From the NCBI GenBank assembly GCA_963666055.2, contig CAXWPH010000015.1, positions 704,001-768,000 of the forward strand: a stretch of 64,000 bases of DNA, written 5' to 3'. How positions within the stretch are numbered: position 1 is the stretch's first letter; every line of letters starts with the position of its first letter. Below, piece after piece: positions 39,981 to 50,338 of the stretch. The notes beneath the pieces are model-generated. The model was not told where the DNA came from. It worked only from the letters and a program-made list of their open reading frames with translations, and searched no databases. A program made the position numbers and the translations under genes. The DNA comes from Acidobacteriota bacterium. Its GTDB lineage: Bacteria > Acidobacteriota > UBA890 > WLXD01.

Positions 39981-41397
39981 CGATCACCGAGACTTCATCG
40001 CGGCTTTCGCCCAAGCTACGGGCAAGCGGCACGAATCGCTGCATGCGCTCCGTTTGCAGGGGGCTGCGATCACGTAATCGCGCCTCGAGCAAAGCGGTGA
40101 CACGCTCGCCGACAATTCGCTCCACCTCTTCCTTGGTCGGCGCGGGCCGCTCCTGCAGTTCGATGCCGTAGGTACGCGCGATGTGCCGAAGATGAATTCC
40201 TTCGAGGCCGGACACCAGCGTGAGCGCCTCCCCGGAGGCACCCGCACGGCTCGTTCGTCCCACCCGGTGGATGTAGCCCTCGGGGTCCCTTGGAGGACCG
40301 TACTGGATCACGTGGGAGAGGTCGTGGATATCGATTCCGCGCGCCGCGACGTCGGTAGCAACGAGAAACCGCAACGTACCGTGTCGAACGCGCTCGAGGA
40401 CCTTTTCGCGTGCCGCCTGCGCCAGGTCCGAGCTGAGCTCGTCGGCATCGTATCCGAAGCGCTTCAGAACCAGCGCCACGTAGTGAACGTCGGCCTTCGT
40501 ATTGCAAAATATGATCGCCGACGCAGGGTTCTCGATCTCGATGATCCGCATTAAGTAACGGTCCTTGTCCATCGACGGCACGTCGTAGAACACGTGCTCG
40601 GTGGACGCCACGTGCACGCGATCGCGACTGAGGCTCAGGAACTCCGGGGTCTCGAGGAACTCGCTGGCGAGATTTCGCACATGCGGCGGGAACGTGGCCG
40701 AGAACATCGAGCCACTGATGCGCCGTTTCGGCAGGAATGCCTGTAGCCGCTTCATGTCGGGATAGAACCCCATCGACAGCATGCGGTCGGCCTCGTCGAA
40801 TACCAGGTTCTTCAGACCGTCTAGCGACAGATTGCGCTTGAGAAGGTGGTCGAGCACCCGGCCGGGAGTGCCTACGACGAGGTGGGCGCCACGCTCGAAG
40901 GCTTCGAGCTGGGGTCCGTAGGCGACGCCGCCATATACCGCGGTCGGTAGCAGACCCGTCGAAGCACTGAGCTCCTCCGCCGCGGTCATCACCTGCTTGG
41001 CAAGCTCACGCGTCGGCACGAGCACCAGCGCCTGGCACCGGCGGTCGTCCGGATCGAGGCGATCGATGATCGGCAACAGAAAAGCGCCTGTCTTGCCGCT
41101 GCCGGTGCGCGACTGGATCATCAGGTCGCGTCCCGCCAACATGTACGGGATCGCCTTGGCCTGGACTGGCATGAGCGTGGACCAGCCGACGCGCGCGGAG
41201 GCCTCCTGCAAGGCGCTCGGGAGCTCGTCGAAGGTAATCTCCGGTAGCGCGTCTTCGGGTTCGACAACGTCCCGGTCGACAACTCCGTCGGCGATCGCGG
41301 CGGTAGTATCGACAGCCCCGTCGGACCGTGCCTTCAGCGCGTCGTCCCGACGGCGACGCGACAGGCGCCGTGGGCTGGGACGTTTCTGTCGTGCCAA
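39832..41397 (-). CDS. DEAD-box RNA helicase
   Basis: Q motif, RTGSGKT, PTREL, GTPGR, DEAD, SAT, ATDVAARGID, HRVGRTSR. Confidence 0.96.
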   Translation of the reverse strand: MARQKRPSPRRLSRRRRDDALKARSDGAVDTTAAIADGVVDRDVVEPEDALPEITFDELPSALQEASARVGWSTLMPVQAKAIPYMLAGRDLMIQSRTGSGKTGAFLLPIIDRLDPDDRRCQALVLVPTRELAKQVMTAAEELSASTGLLPTAVYGGVAYGPQLEAFERGAHLVVGTPGRVLDHLLKRNLSLDGLKNLVFDEADRMLSMGFYPDMKRLQAFLPKRRISGSMFSATFPPHVRNLASEFLETPEFLSLSRDRVHVASTEHVFYDVPSMDKDRYLMRIIEIENPASAIIFCNTKADVHYVALVLKRFGYDADELSSDLAQAAREKVLERVRHGTLRFLVATDVAARGIDIHDLSHVIQYGPPRDPEGYIHRVGRTSRAGASGEALTLVSGLEGIHLRHIARTYGIELQERPAPTKEEVERIVGERVTALLEARLRDRSPLQTERMQRFVPLARSLGESRDEVSVIAMLLDDYYQESLHAPLGEPVALDPAPAGEDARRSERPKRKPRRRGGRQR

Positions 41398-41640
41398 GCT
41401 CCCTCCTTGTTCTCTCCGCTCGTGGCGTCACGGCAACGCAGGCGCGTTGGCCAAACGCATGATGTCACGGATGCGCGGAAGCCGCCCGATACGCGTAGCC
41501 CGGTCGCGGCCACTACCAAGACGGGTCCGCCAACCGCCTCTGCCTGAGCACACGAGCCGGCAGCCAACAAGCTCGCCGGGATCCATAAGAAGCAGCCCGG
41601 CGCCGGCTTTGTGCGGCGGCAGCGGGAAACTGCTACCGCG

Positions 41641-42660
41641 TCACGCCTGGGCTCGCTTGTACCCCCTGAGATAGCCGAATCCGACCATCTGGCGGCGCTC
41701 TTCATCCCACAAGCGAAAGCCTAACGACCGCAAGCTGGAGAGCAGGCTGATCGACGGGATCGACGCCAGGCTCGGGTTTTCTTCGTGGCACCTTTGCAGG
41801 AAGTAGTTTGGAATCCGCGGGCAAAGATGGTGGATGTGGTGGTAGCCGATATTCCCCGAGAACCACTGCAGGATACGCGGCAGCTTGTAGTAAGAGCTGC
41901 CATGAAGCGCCGCAGGGTAGTAGTCCCATTGCTCGTGCCTCTCCCAGTAAACCGACTCGAACTGGTGCTGCACGTAAAAGAGCCACACGCCGGCGGCTCC
42001 AGCGACAAGGCTGATGGGGAGCTGGATCATTAGATAGGACCTCAGACCCATGGCGGTCACGAGACTCCCAACCAGCACCACCACGCCGAGATTCGTCCAC
42101 CAAACACTGGCCCGCTCGCGCTTGTGCTCGCTCCGATAAGAGATCCGCTGGGCGATGGCGAACAGAACCATCGGGCCGACAAGGAACATCACCAACGGAT
42201 GTCGGTAGATCCGATACCGCAAGCGCGTCAACAAGGGCGCCGCCAAGTACTCCTCTACTGTGAGGGTCCAGATCTCGCCACCCGAGTCGCGCCGATCGAG
42301 GTCACCCGAGGTGGCATGGTGCTTGGCGTGATCGTAGCGCCAGCGATAGTAGGGTGTGAACGTCATCACCCCGGTGATGTAGCCGACAATGTCGTTGAGC
42401 CGCTTGGATTTGAAGAACGCGCCGTGGCCACAGTCGTGGAAGATGATGAAGATGCGGATCATGAAGCCCGCGGCGAGAGGAGTAAGCGCCAGCGTCAGCC
42501 AGTAGGACACCGCCAAGCTGCGATACATCAAGTACCAGAGCACCACGTATGGAACGAGCGAGTTCACCATTTGCCAGGCGCTACGAAGCGGCTCCGGGTT
42601 CTGGTACTTCACCGTCAACTGCTGCCAGGTGCTGGCATCGGCAGTCGTTACTGGCCCCAT
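41641..42660 (-). CDS. Fatty acid desaturase (B. subtilis Des-like)
   Basis: His boxes HDCGH, HAKHH, HHIHH; YVQHQFE; RLWDE. Confidence 0.95.
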   Translation of the reverse strand: MGPVTTADASTWQQLTVKYQNPEPLRSAWQMVNSLVPYVVLWYLMYRSLAVSYWLTLALTPLAAGFMIRIFIIFHDCGHGAFFKSKRLNDIVGYITGVMTFTPYYRWRYDHAKHHATSGDLDRRDSGGEIWTLTVEEYLAAPLLTRLRYRIYRHPLVMFLVGPMVLFAIAQRISYRSEHKRERASVWWTNLGVVVLVGSLVTAMGLRSYLMIQLPISLVAGAAGVWLFYVQHQFESVYWERHEQWDYYPAALHGSSYYKLPRILQWFSGNIGYHHIHHLCPRIPNYFLQRCHEENPSLASIPSISLLSSLRSLGFRLWDEERRQMVGFGYLRGYKRAQA

Positions 42661-42791
42661 TTACGCTCTCCATGCTGGTCAGAGATAACGCTCCCGCAAC
42701 GTCAACCACGGTTGTAGCACTGTCGCCGCCCCGAGGGAAGCATTTGGCCGCTCAACGGCGCAGGCGTGAGCCTACGCGCGCCCCGTCGGGG

Positions 42792-43355
42792 TCACGAATC
42801 AACCGTCTGCGGGTAGTCGATGCTGACGATCTCGAGCACCGCATCGTCCCGCGGCAGGTGCGCCACCACCTCGTCTCCGGCGCGCGCCGAAAGCAGCGCC
42901 TTGGCAAGAGGCGATACCCAGCTGATACGGCCTTCCGACGCATCAGCCTCGTCGACGCCGACGATAGTGTACACACGCTCTTCGCCCGCCGCGTCCATCA
43001 CGGTGACGGTGGCGCCGAAACGCGCCCGGTCGCCATCCTGCTGCGCCGGGTCGATCACCTCGAAGCCGGCCACCCGCTCGCCGAGCCAGCGGATCTGCTC
43101 GTCGAGCTCGCGCAACCGATGCTGATCGGCGCGATGCTCCGCCTCCTCCTGTCGACCCGCCTCCACTCGACGCGACAACTCCGCAGCTAGCCGGGGACGT
43201 TCCACCTCAGCGAGCATCGCGAGCTCCTGCCGCAGGCGACGAGCACCCGATGGAGTGATGTAGTTCCTGACGCCAGCAGGCAGCACGTTGCGAGGTCGAA
43301 CCGAGACCTCGAGCCCGGGATCGAAGTCCGATTCCTTGGTGAACGCCTTGTTCAT
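42792..43355 (-). CDS. greB: Transcription elongation factor GreB-like
   Basis: MNKAFTKE, NYITPSG, LRELDEQIRWL, FGATV, IVGVDEAD, ISWVSPLAKAL. Confidence 0.88.
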   Translation of the reverse strand: MNKAFTKESDFDPGLEVSVRPRNVLPAGVRNYITPSGARRLRQELAMLAEVERPRLAAELSRRVEAGRQEEAEHRADQHRLRELDEQIRWLGERVAGFEVIDPAQQDGDRARFGATVTVMDAAGEERVYTIVGVDEADASEGRISWVSPLAKALLSARAGDEVVAHLPRDDAVLEIVSIDYPQTVDS

Positions 43356-43661
43356 AGAGAAAGGATTGTAACCCACTGAAACGCTGTGACTTATGGACTC
43401 CAGGCAACCACAGGTTGCCCAGAAAAGCGCACCAGAGCGCCTTCTTGTTGCCCTACAACCGAGGGGCAACCAGTTGAGCGTGCCCCGCGCAGATCACCCG
43501 ATTGATCGATGAAGGTGTTGCGCGGTCGGCTTACGACGAAAACGGGGCGAAAATACAGGCGGAAACGAGCCTACACAGTGGTGGGCGAACCGTCCAGATG
43601 CGGACTAGTCCCGTCAGCATCAGCAGTTACGCGACGCGGCCTTGGTTTCCAGACTACTCCG

Positions 43662-44267
43662 TTACTGCGTCGCCAGCTGCAGCCGCTCGATGACCTCAGC
43701 GACCGGCGGGCGCAGGCGGTAATTGGTCTCGACAAACAGGTACCGGACGATGCCGTCAACGTCGAGAATAACCACAGCCGGGTGCGGTATCAGGCTGTCG
43801 CTGTCAGCTTCGTTGAGCAGGCCCCATGCTTTGATGGCCTCGGCGTCAGGATCGAGCAGGAAGGGGAACTCGAAACCCTCCTCCTCACGATAGGCCCGCA
43901 GCTTGTCGGTGTCGTCGTTGGCAATGGCCCAAAACTCGGCCCCGGTAGCCCGGATCTCGTCTATGGCTTCATGCAGCTGCACGAGCTGCTCGCGGCAGAA
44001 CGGTCACCATGTACCCCGGAAGAAAAGCAACATCAGCGGCCGCTCGCCGCGGGCCGCCGCCAGGTCATAGACGTCACCGTCAGTGGATTCGAGCGAGAAC
44101 GTCGAGGGCGGCAACTGGCCGAGCTCGAGCAGGGTCTCGTGCGGCAGCCCGGGCGCCAGTCGATCGGCATCCTGGGCGTAGGCAGCGGCTGGCCACACGA
44201 CGGCAAACAAGAGCGGCATCGCCAGACGCGCCCATGACAGCGTTGGCAACGAGAAGCGACCTTTCAC
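43662..44267 (-). CDS. Exported peroxiredoxin-like / AhpC-TSA (redoxin) selenoprotein (UGA at 44006-44004)
   Basis: Signal peptide; FSLESTDG, LLFFRGTW-UGA-PFCREQL continues in frame to FPFLLDP, PHPAVVILD, RP. UxxC replaces CxxC. Confidence 0.85.
43977..43998 (-). promoter_or_regulatory. Putative SECIS-like hairpin
   Basis: CUGC-C-GCGAG-CAG-CUCGU-GCAG starting 5 nt 3' of the UGA. Confidence 0.5.
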
Positions 44268-44397
44268 CGGACCTCCGTGAGGTTGGATGTTGCTAACGCG
44301 CCTCGGCCGACCGGGTCGGTGACGGACGTTACAGGCAACACCGGAACAGCGTGCGCCCTGATGCGCTCGAGCCGGGATCGAGATCGTAACACCGAGT

Positions 44398-44426
44398 TTG
44401 ACAGGGTACAGGGGGGCCGCTAGCTT
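44398..44426 (+). promoter_or_regulatory. Sigma70-type promoter upstream of the frd operon
   Basis: TTGACA-17 nt-TAGCTT. Confidence 0.65.
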
Positions 44427-44479
44427 ACGATCGGAGCCGCCGTACAGCCGCTAACAGCTACCGTGGAGAGCACGACCTC

Positions 44480-44614
44480 ATGTCGACGCCGGCTGGACCG
44501 GTCGTTACCGGTGCCTTCGGCGCCACCTCTCGTCGCGGTAGCTGGTGGCGCCTGCCACTGCTGACCTTTCTGGGCCTCGGCGCGAGACCCGTTGGCAGTA
44601 CCGGGAGCAACTAA
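44480..44614 (+). pseudogene. Truncated N-terminus resembling an Sdh1-type (Rv0249c-like) succinate dehydrogenase membrane anchor
   Basis: GGAG RBS; [34 protein letters not shown]... stops 4 nt before frdA. Recognised from memory of the FGxTxRxDxWWxxP motif. Confidence 0.5.
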
Positions 44615-44618
44615 ACCC

Positions 44619-46397
44619 ATGAGCGTACGGCACGACGTGGTGATCGTCGGTGGAGGTGGTGCGGGGCTGCGGGCGGCGATCGCCATCGCCGAGATCAACC
44701 CCTCCCTGAGCGTTGCGCTGGTAAGCAAAGTCTACCCGATGCGCAGCCACACGGTGGCAGCTGAGGGCGGTGCCGCGGCAGTGATCAAAGACAACGACAG
44801 CCTTGAAGATCATTTCCGAGACACCGTCGGCGGCAGTGACTGGTTGGCCGATCAGGACGCGGTCGAGCTGTTTGTCAACGAAGCGCCGGCCGAGTTGATC
44901 CAGCTCGAGCACTGGGGCTGTCCGTGGAGCCGAGAACCGGACGGCACGGTTGCAGTGCGGCCATTCGGAGGCATGAAGATCGAACGGACATGGTTTGCCT
45001 CCGACAAGACCGGCTTCCACATGTTGCACGCGCTGTATCAGACGTCTCTCAAGTACAGCCCGATTGCCAGTTATGACGAGTCGTTCGCGACCAAGATCTT
45101 GGTGGAGGACGGACGTTGCCAGGGCGTCAGTGCGCTCGATCTACAGACCGGCCGGGTCGAGACGATTATTGCCAATGCTGTCATCCTCTGCACCGGCGGG
45201 GCCGGGAGGGTATTCCCATTCACAACCAACGGGGCGATCAAGACCGGCGACGGGATGGCGATGGCCTACCGCGCCGGAGTCGCCCTCAAGGACATGGAGT
45301 TCATCCAGTACCACCCGACCGGGCTGCCCGGAACCGGCATTCTCATCACCGAGGCTTCACGGGGCGAAGGAGGCATCCTCGTCAACAAGGACGGCTACCG
45401 GTACTTGCAGGACTACGATCTGGGAACGCCACTGCAGGTCACCGACCCCGAGCACCCGGTCAAGAAGAGTATGGAGCTGGGTCCTCGCGACCGACTCAGC
45501 CAGGCGTTCGTCAAGGAATTGGAACAAGGTCGGACGATACCCGGGCCGCACGGAGATGTCGTCCATCTCGACATACGACACCTCGGCGAGAAGAAAATCG
45601 ACAAGAAGCTGCCTTTCGTGCGCGAGCTAGCTAGGAACTACGCCCGCATCGACCCGGTATACGAGCCCATTCCCGTGCGCCCCGTCATTCACTACATCAT
45701 GGGCGGTGTCGACACCGATACCGACGGCGCCACATCGCTTCCGGGATTGTTCGCGGCGGGCGAGGTCGCCTGCGTGTCGATCAACGGGGCAAATCGGCTT
45801 GGCTCCAACTCTCTGACCGAACTCCTCGTCTTCGGCGCGCGTGCCGGACGGGCGGCGGCTATCTTCGCAGCCCAGAACCCGAACCCTGACGTCGAGGCGG
45901 TGGAGAAGCAAGGCGCCGACGAGCAAGAGCGCATCGCCCGGGACTTCATTCGCAAGGAGGGCGGTACGGAGAGGATCGCTACCCTCCGCAGAGAGATGAA
46001 CGAGACGATGGAAAGCGGCGCCGGCATCTACCGTTCCGAACAGGGCCTCAGCGAGACGTGTGACACGCTGATGGAATTGAGGCAACGCTTCTCGAATCTC
46101 TTGATCGAAGACCGAAGCCTGACCTTCAATACCGAGCTCACCTCCGCTCTCGAGCTCGACTTCATGCTCGACGTGGCGCTCACCATCGGTCGCAGTGCCC
46201 TGGCACGGACCGAAAGTCGCGGCTCCCACCAGCGCACCGATCACCCCGATCGTGACGACGAGAACTTTCTCAAACACTCGCTTGCGTTCCGCACCGACGA
46301 CGGGCTTCGCACCGACTACAAGGATGTCGTCATCACCAAGTGGCCACCCGAGGAACGTGTGTACGGTAGACAGACGTCGAGAGCGGACACGCACTGA
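44619..46397 (+). CDS. frdA: Fumarate reductase flavoprotein subunit
   Basis: [16 protein letters not shown] (covalent FAD His), [41 protein letters not shown]. Confidence 0.95.
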   Translation: MSVRHDVVIVGGGGAGLRAAIAIAEINPSLSVALVSKVYPMRSHTVAAEGGAAAVIKDNDSLEDHFRDTVGGSDWLADQDAVELFVNEAPAELIQLEHWGCPWSREPDGTVAVRPFGGMKIERTWFASDKTGFHMLHALYQTSLKYSPIASYDESFATKILVEDGRCQGVSALDLQTGRVETIIANAVILCTGGAGRVFPFTTNGAIKTGDGMAMAYRAGVALKDMEFIQYHPTGLPGTGILITEASRGEGGILVNKDGYRYLQDYDLGTPLQVTDPEHPVKKSMELGPRDRLSQAFVKELEQGRTIPGPHGDVVHLDIRHLGEKKIDKKLPFVRELARNYARIDPVYEPIPVRPVIHYIMGGVDTDTDGATSLPGLFAAGEVACVSINGANRLGSNSLTELLVFGARAGRAAAIFAAQNPNPDVEAVEKQGADEQERIARDFIRKEGGTERIATLRREMNETMESGAGIYRSEQGLSETCDTLMELRQRFSNLLIEDRSLTFNTELTSALELDFMLDVALTIGRSALARTESRGSHQRTDHPDRDDENFLKHSLAFRTDDGLRTDYKDVVITKWPPEERVYGRQTSRADTH

Positions 46398-46399
46398 CG

Positions 46400-47152
46400 A
46401 TGGGGGAGACGATGGAGCTCGAGATCTTCCGGTACCTCCCTGAGCAGGACTCCGCGCCCACTTTCCAGACTTACGAGGTTCCGTTTCACGGAGAGTGGGT
46501 CGTTCTCGATGCCATCAACTACATCAAAGAGGAGATCGACGGCACGCTCTCGTACCGCTGGTCGTGTCGGATGGGCGTGTGCGGAAGCTGTGGAATGATG
46601 GTAAACGGCGTGCCGAAGCTCACCTGCGCGGTCTTTCTGAAGGACTACTATCCCGGCAAGATCCGTGTCGAACCTCTCGACGGCTTCCCGGTCGAGCGGG
46701 ACCTCATTTTCGGCATGGATGACTTCATCGAGAAGCTGAAGAGCGTCAAGCCGTGGATCATCCGTAAGGAAGGTGAGGAGAAGCCGATCGAGGAAGGCGA
46801 ATACCTACAAACCCCACGCCAGCTTGTTGAGTACATGCCGTACTCGATGTGCATCAACTGCATGCTTTGTTACGCGGCGTGCCCCGTCTACGCGATCGAC
46901 ACCACGTTCTTGGGACCGGCGGCGATCGCCCTGGGCCAACGCTACAACATGGATTCACGCGATCAGGGGAGAGATCAGCGGCAAGAGGTGATCGCCAGCC
47001 ACGAAGGGATTTGGCAGTGCACCTTCGTCGGTGAGTGTAGCGCCGTGTGTCCCAAGGATGTCGATCCGGCAGGCGCGATCCAGCGCGCCAAGGTCGCCAG
47101 CACGATCGATTACTTCAAGGAACTGCTTTTGCCCTGGGGCAAGAAGAATTGA
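46400..47152 (+). CDS. frdB: Fumarate reductase iron-sulfur subunit
   Basis: [38 protein letters not shown]. Confidence 0.95.
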   Translation: MGETMELEIFRYLPEQDSAPTFQTYEVPFHGEWVVLDAINYIKEEIDGTLSYRWSCRMGVCGSCGMMVNGVPKLTCAVFLKDYYPGKIRVEPLDGFPVERDLIFGMDDFIEKLKSVKPWIIRKEGEEKPIEEGEYLQTPRQLVEYMPYSMCINCMLCYAACPVYAIDTTFLGPAAIALGQRYNMDSRDQGRDQRQEVIASHEGIWQCTFVGECSAVCPKDVDPAGAIQRAKVASTIDYFKELLLPWGKKN

Positions 47153-47529
47153 GCTATCAGCGACGAGTTCCGAATACCTGGTGGCTCAAGCGGTGGCCCT
47201 ACTTCCTGTTCATGGTTCGGGAGCTCACCAGCCTCGGCGTTGCCGGCTACAGCGTGTTCCTTCTGTTTCTGGTTTATCGACTCGGTCAAGGGCGCGAGGC
47301 CTACGAGGCGGCGATCGGCCTGATCATGTCGCCGACCAGCATCGCGCTGCATTCGGTCGCGCTGGTGCTCGCCGTCTACCACACGGTCACTTGGTTCAAT
47401 GTGACTCCCAAGGTCATCGTGATTCACTTTGGCGAGGAGCGTATTCCCGGCTTCATGATCGCCGGCGCTCACTACGCCGGATGGCTCGCGGTGTCGATGA
47501 TCGTCGCGTGGGCCGTGCTGGGAGGGTAA
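47149..47529 (+). CDS. frdC: Fumarate reductase membrane anchor C
   Basis: TTG start overlapping the frdB stop; [29 protein letters not shown]. Confidence 0.9.
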   Translation: MSYQRRVPNTWWLKRWPYFLFMVRELTSLGVAGYSVFLLFLVYRLGQGREAYEAAIGLIMSPTSIALHSVALVLAVYHTVTWFNVTPKVIVIHFGEERIPGFMIAGAHYAGWLAVSMIVAWAVLGG

Positions 47530-47534
47530 TCACC

Positions 47535-47888
47535 ATGGCCAAGTCCAACGAACCAATTCCCTGGTCACTGTTCTCGGCCGGTGGGATGTTGTCGGCAATG
47601 CTGCTGCCTATCCTCGTCGTCATCACCGGAATTCTGGTGCCCTTCGGCTTTGCGCCGCTGGAGTCCCTCGGCTTCGACAAAGCGCACGCCGCCGTTTCGG
47701 GCAACCTCCTGGTAAAGCTGATTCTGTTCGGACTGATCTCTCTGTCGCTCTTCCACTGGGCACACCGGTTCAGGTTCGCGCTCGTCGACATGGGCCTGCA
47801 GAAGATCAAAGGGCTGATCGGCTTTGCCTGCTACGGCAGCGCCCTTTCCGGCGCCGTAATCACCGCCGCGCTTCTCTGGCGGATCTAG
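47535..47888 (+). CDS. frdD: Fumarate reductase membrane anchor D
   Basis: MAKSNEPIPWSLFSAGG, FHWAHR, CYG. Stop TAG lies within the CTAG flanking MITE copy 2. Confidence 0.92.
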   Translation: MAKSNEPIPWSLFSAGGMLSAMLLPILVVITGILVPFGFAPLESLGFDKAHAAVSGNLLVKLILFGLISLSLFHWAHRFRFALVDMGLQKIKGLIGFACYGSALSGAVITAALLWRI

Positions 47889-48159
47889 CAGGCCGTGGTG
47901 AAAGTGTGGTGGGTCTGGTTACGGCGAGTTGGGGCCAGATGCAAGGCGGCCTGACACAGGCGATGCCCTAGCCATCGTCCAGGAAGGCCAACGTCGCAAA
48001 TGGCCCCAAATCGCCGTAACCCTTCGGGCGACAGGGGGTTGCGCGCGTATCCTGCGTCGTTCCTTGTCAACGATGGGCTAACCATCGCCTCCTCCTCTCT
48101 CCTTGCCTCCACTTCGCAAGACCCTGTCGCCAGACCCACCACACTTTCACCTCGGCCTG
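47889..48159 (+). mobile_element. MITE copy 2 (271 bp) with CTAG target duplication
   Basis: CTAG at 47885-47888 and 48160-48163; 30-bp TIRs, 29/30 match. Confidence 0.9.
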
Positions 48160-48190
48160 CTAGTGGCCTGAGTCAGCTGGGCACGCCGCC

Positions 48191-48880
48191 TTATCCCGCC
48201 GCGTGCTCCTTGCGATGCGCGATGACATCGAAGCCGATCTTCATGAGCACCATCAACACCAGGCCGGCGGTTGGTGAGCCGCTGAGCAAGAGCAGAAATC
48301 CGCTGCCGATGATCACCAGGTGCAGCAGGATGACGCGCCGGTATGGCCCGGTCATCAGACCCTGCAGCGTCGCAGATCGATACTCGCCGGCACCGAGATA
48401 GTTGACCAGGAACGACACTCCATGGCTGACGATCAGGGTGATCGCGCCATAGGCGAGCGTGTCCTGGCTCAGCGCATGCGCCAGCGTACCCCGGATGAGC
48501 ACGGGCACCAGCATGATGGGCGAGTCGAAGTTGGCGCCCAAGAGCAACGCCGGTATCTCCGACCCCTGCCCCCTGAACAACGCCGTCAGCAAGACTCCAT
48601 GCACTGCGGCGAATCCGCCGTAGTGAACCGCAAAGAACGGGATCAGCACCACTTTGCCCAGCCATGCCGCCGGATCTCGGATCCGCACGGCGAGAATGCG
48701 CAACATGTTGAATCCGCCGACGATGAGGTTCTCCATCCAGTACAGGAGCATGACGTCGCCGACCTCCCAGCCCAGCCACAGCACACCGGCCAGCGGCACC
48801 AAGTTGGCCAGGATCAAGGCGGCAACCGACGGCGTCAGCCACGGCGGCAGCCCGAGCCAGTTCAATCGACTGAACGTCAC
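48191..48880 (-). CDS. DUF6498-type membrane protein
   Basis: ANLVPLAGVLWLGW, LYWMEN, FFAVHYGGF, PYRRVILLH, KIGFD. Confidence 0.82.
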   Translation of the reverse strand: MTFSRLNWLGLPPWLTPSVAALILANLVPLAGVLWLGWEVGDVMLLYWMENLIVGGFNMLRILAVRIRDPAAWLGKVVLIPFFAVHYGGFAAVHGVLLTALFRGQGSEIPALLLGANFDSPIMLVPVLIRGTLAHALSQDTLAYGAITLIVSHGVSFLVNYLGAGEYRSATLQGLMTGPYRRVILLHLVIIGSGFLLLLSGSPTAGLVLMVLMKIGFDVIAHRKEHAAG

Positions 48881-48981
48881 CCTCCGCTCACGAGTCGTGC
48901 CCCGCGGTAGATTGTGCCCGGAATGGCGTAGCGGCGATACAATGCCGCCGCGAACGTGAGTAAGCCACTGGGAGGTGTGCG

Positions 48982-50256
48982 GTGAGTCGATTCGTCGGTT
49001 GTTTTGCGCTACTCGTAACGCTCGGATGTAGCCCGTCCGCGCCGCAGCCCATTCCCGGCTACAAGGCGTTCGTCGGCGCCACCCTCATCGACGGAACCGG
49101 CGCCGATCCGACCCGCGACGCCGTCGTGGTAGTCCGCGACGGCCGCATCGAGGCGGTCGGATCTGCCGCCGCGGTCAACATCCCGGAGCGCGCCGAGATC
49201 ATCGATCTATCCGGTCGCACTGTGATCCCGGGCCTGATCAACGCCCACGGCCACGTCGGGGATACGTTGGGTCTGGAGGGCGGCCACTACTCCGAGGACA
49301 ACGTGCGGGCGCACCTCGGCCTGTACGCTCGCTACGGCGTCACCACCGTGCTCAGCCTGGGCGGTGACGGCGCCGAGGGCGTCGACGTGCGCGACGCTGA
49401 GGGGGTCGACCTGAGCCATGCCCGTCTTCGAGTTGCCGGCGCCGTGGTTACCGCCGAATCGCCCGATGAGGCCCGGTCGCAGGTACGCGCCAACGCCGAT
49501 CTCGGGGTCGACTTCATCAAGATCCGCGTCGACGACAACCTCGGCACCAGCGCCAAGATGGCGCCTGAGATCTACGCCTCGGTCATCGAGGCGGCACACG
49601 CCAACGACCTTCCCCTGGCGGCGCACCTGTTCTACCTCGACGACGCCAAGAACCTGCTCAGAGCCGGAGCCGACTTCATCGCTCACAGCGTGCGCGATGC
49701 TGCCGTCGACGAGGAGCTCATCGGATTGCTGCGTGACACCGGCGTGTGCTATAGCCCGACGCTGACGCGCGAGGTGTCGACCTTCATCTACGAGAGCGAG
49801 CCGGAGTTCTTCGCCGATCCGTTCTTCCTGGCACACGCAGATACCAGCGTGCTGGATGCGCTGCGTACACCCGAACAGCAGCAGCGTTATCGCGACAGCC
49901 CGGCCGCGCAACGCTACAAAGAGGCGCTGCGCGTGGCCCAGGCGAACCTCAAGACACTCGCCGATGCCGGCATTCCGATCGCGTTCGGCACCGACAGCGG
50001 GCCCCCGGCGCGCTTCCAGGGCTACTTCGAGCACTTGGAGACCGCGCTGATGGCCGAGGCGGGGCTGTCGGCAGAGCAGATTCTGCTTTCGGCCACCGGC
50101 GTCGCTGCCGCATGCGTCGGACTCGACGACGTCGGCACCATCGAGCCGGGAAAGTGGGCCGACATGGTCGTGCTGACCGATGATCCGTTGGCAGATATCG
50201 CCAACCTGCGCACCATCGATTCTGTATGGATCGCCGCCAACCGCGTTGCATCGTAA
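48982..50256 (+). CDS. Amidohydrolase family lipoprotein
   Basis: Lipobox TLGC; GATLIDGTG, PGLINAHGH, GVTTV, FGTDSG, GTIEPGKWADMVVL. Confidence 0.92.
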   Translation: MSRFVGCFALLVTLGCSPSAPQPIPGYKAFVGATLIDGTGADPTRDAVVVVRDGRIEAVGSAAAVNIPERAEIIDLSGRTVIPGLINAHGHVGDTLGLEGGHYSEDNVRAHLGLYARYGVTTVLSLGGDGAEGVDVRDAEGVDLSHARLRVAGAVVTAESPDEARSQVRANADLGVDFIKIRVDDNLGTSAKMAPEIYASVIEAAHANDLPLAAHLFYLDDAKNLLRAGADFIAHSVRDAAVDEELIGLLRDTGVCYSPTLTREVSTFIYESEPEFFADPFFLAHADTSVLDALRTPEQQQRYRDSPAAQRYKEALRVAQANLKTLADAGIPIAFGTDSGPPARFQGYFEHLETALMAEAGLSAEQILLSATGVAAACVGLDDVGTIEPGKWADMVVLTDDPLADIANLRTIDSVWIAANRVAS

Positions 50257-50338
50257 CGAGTTCGCCGCGATGCCGAGTTGTATGATCCAAACAGGTGGCT
50301 AACCGGCCTGTGGGGGCCAACTCGGAGAGCAACGATCC

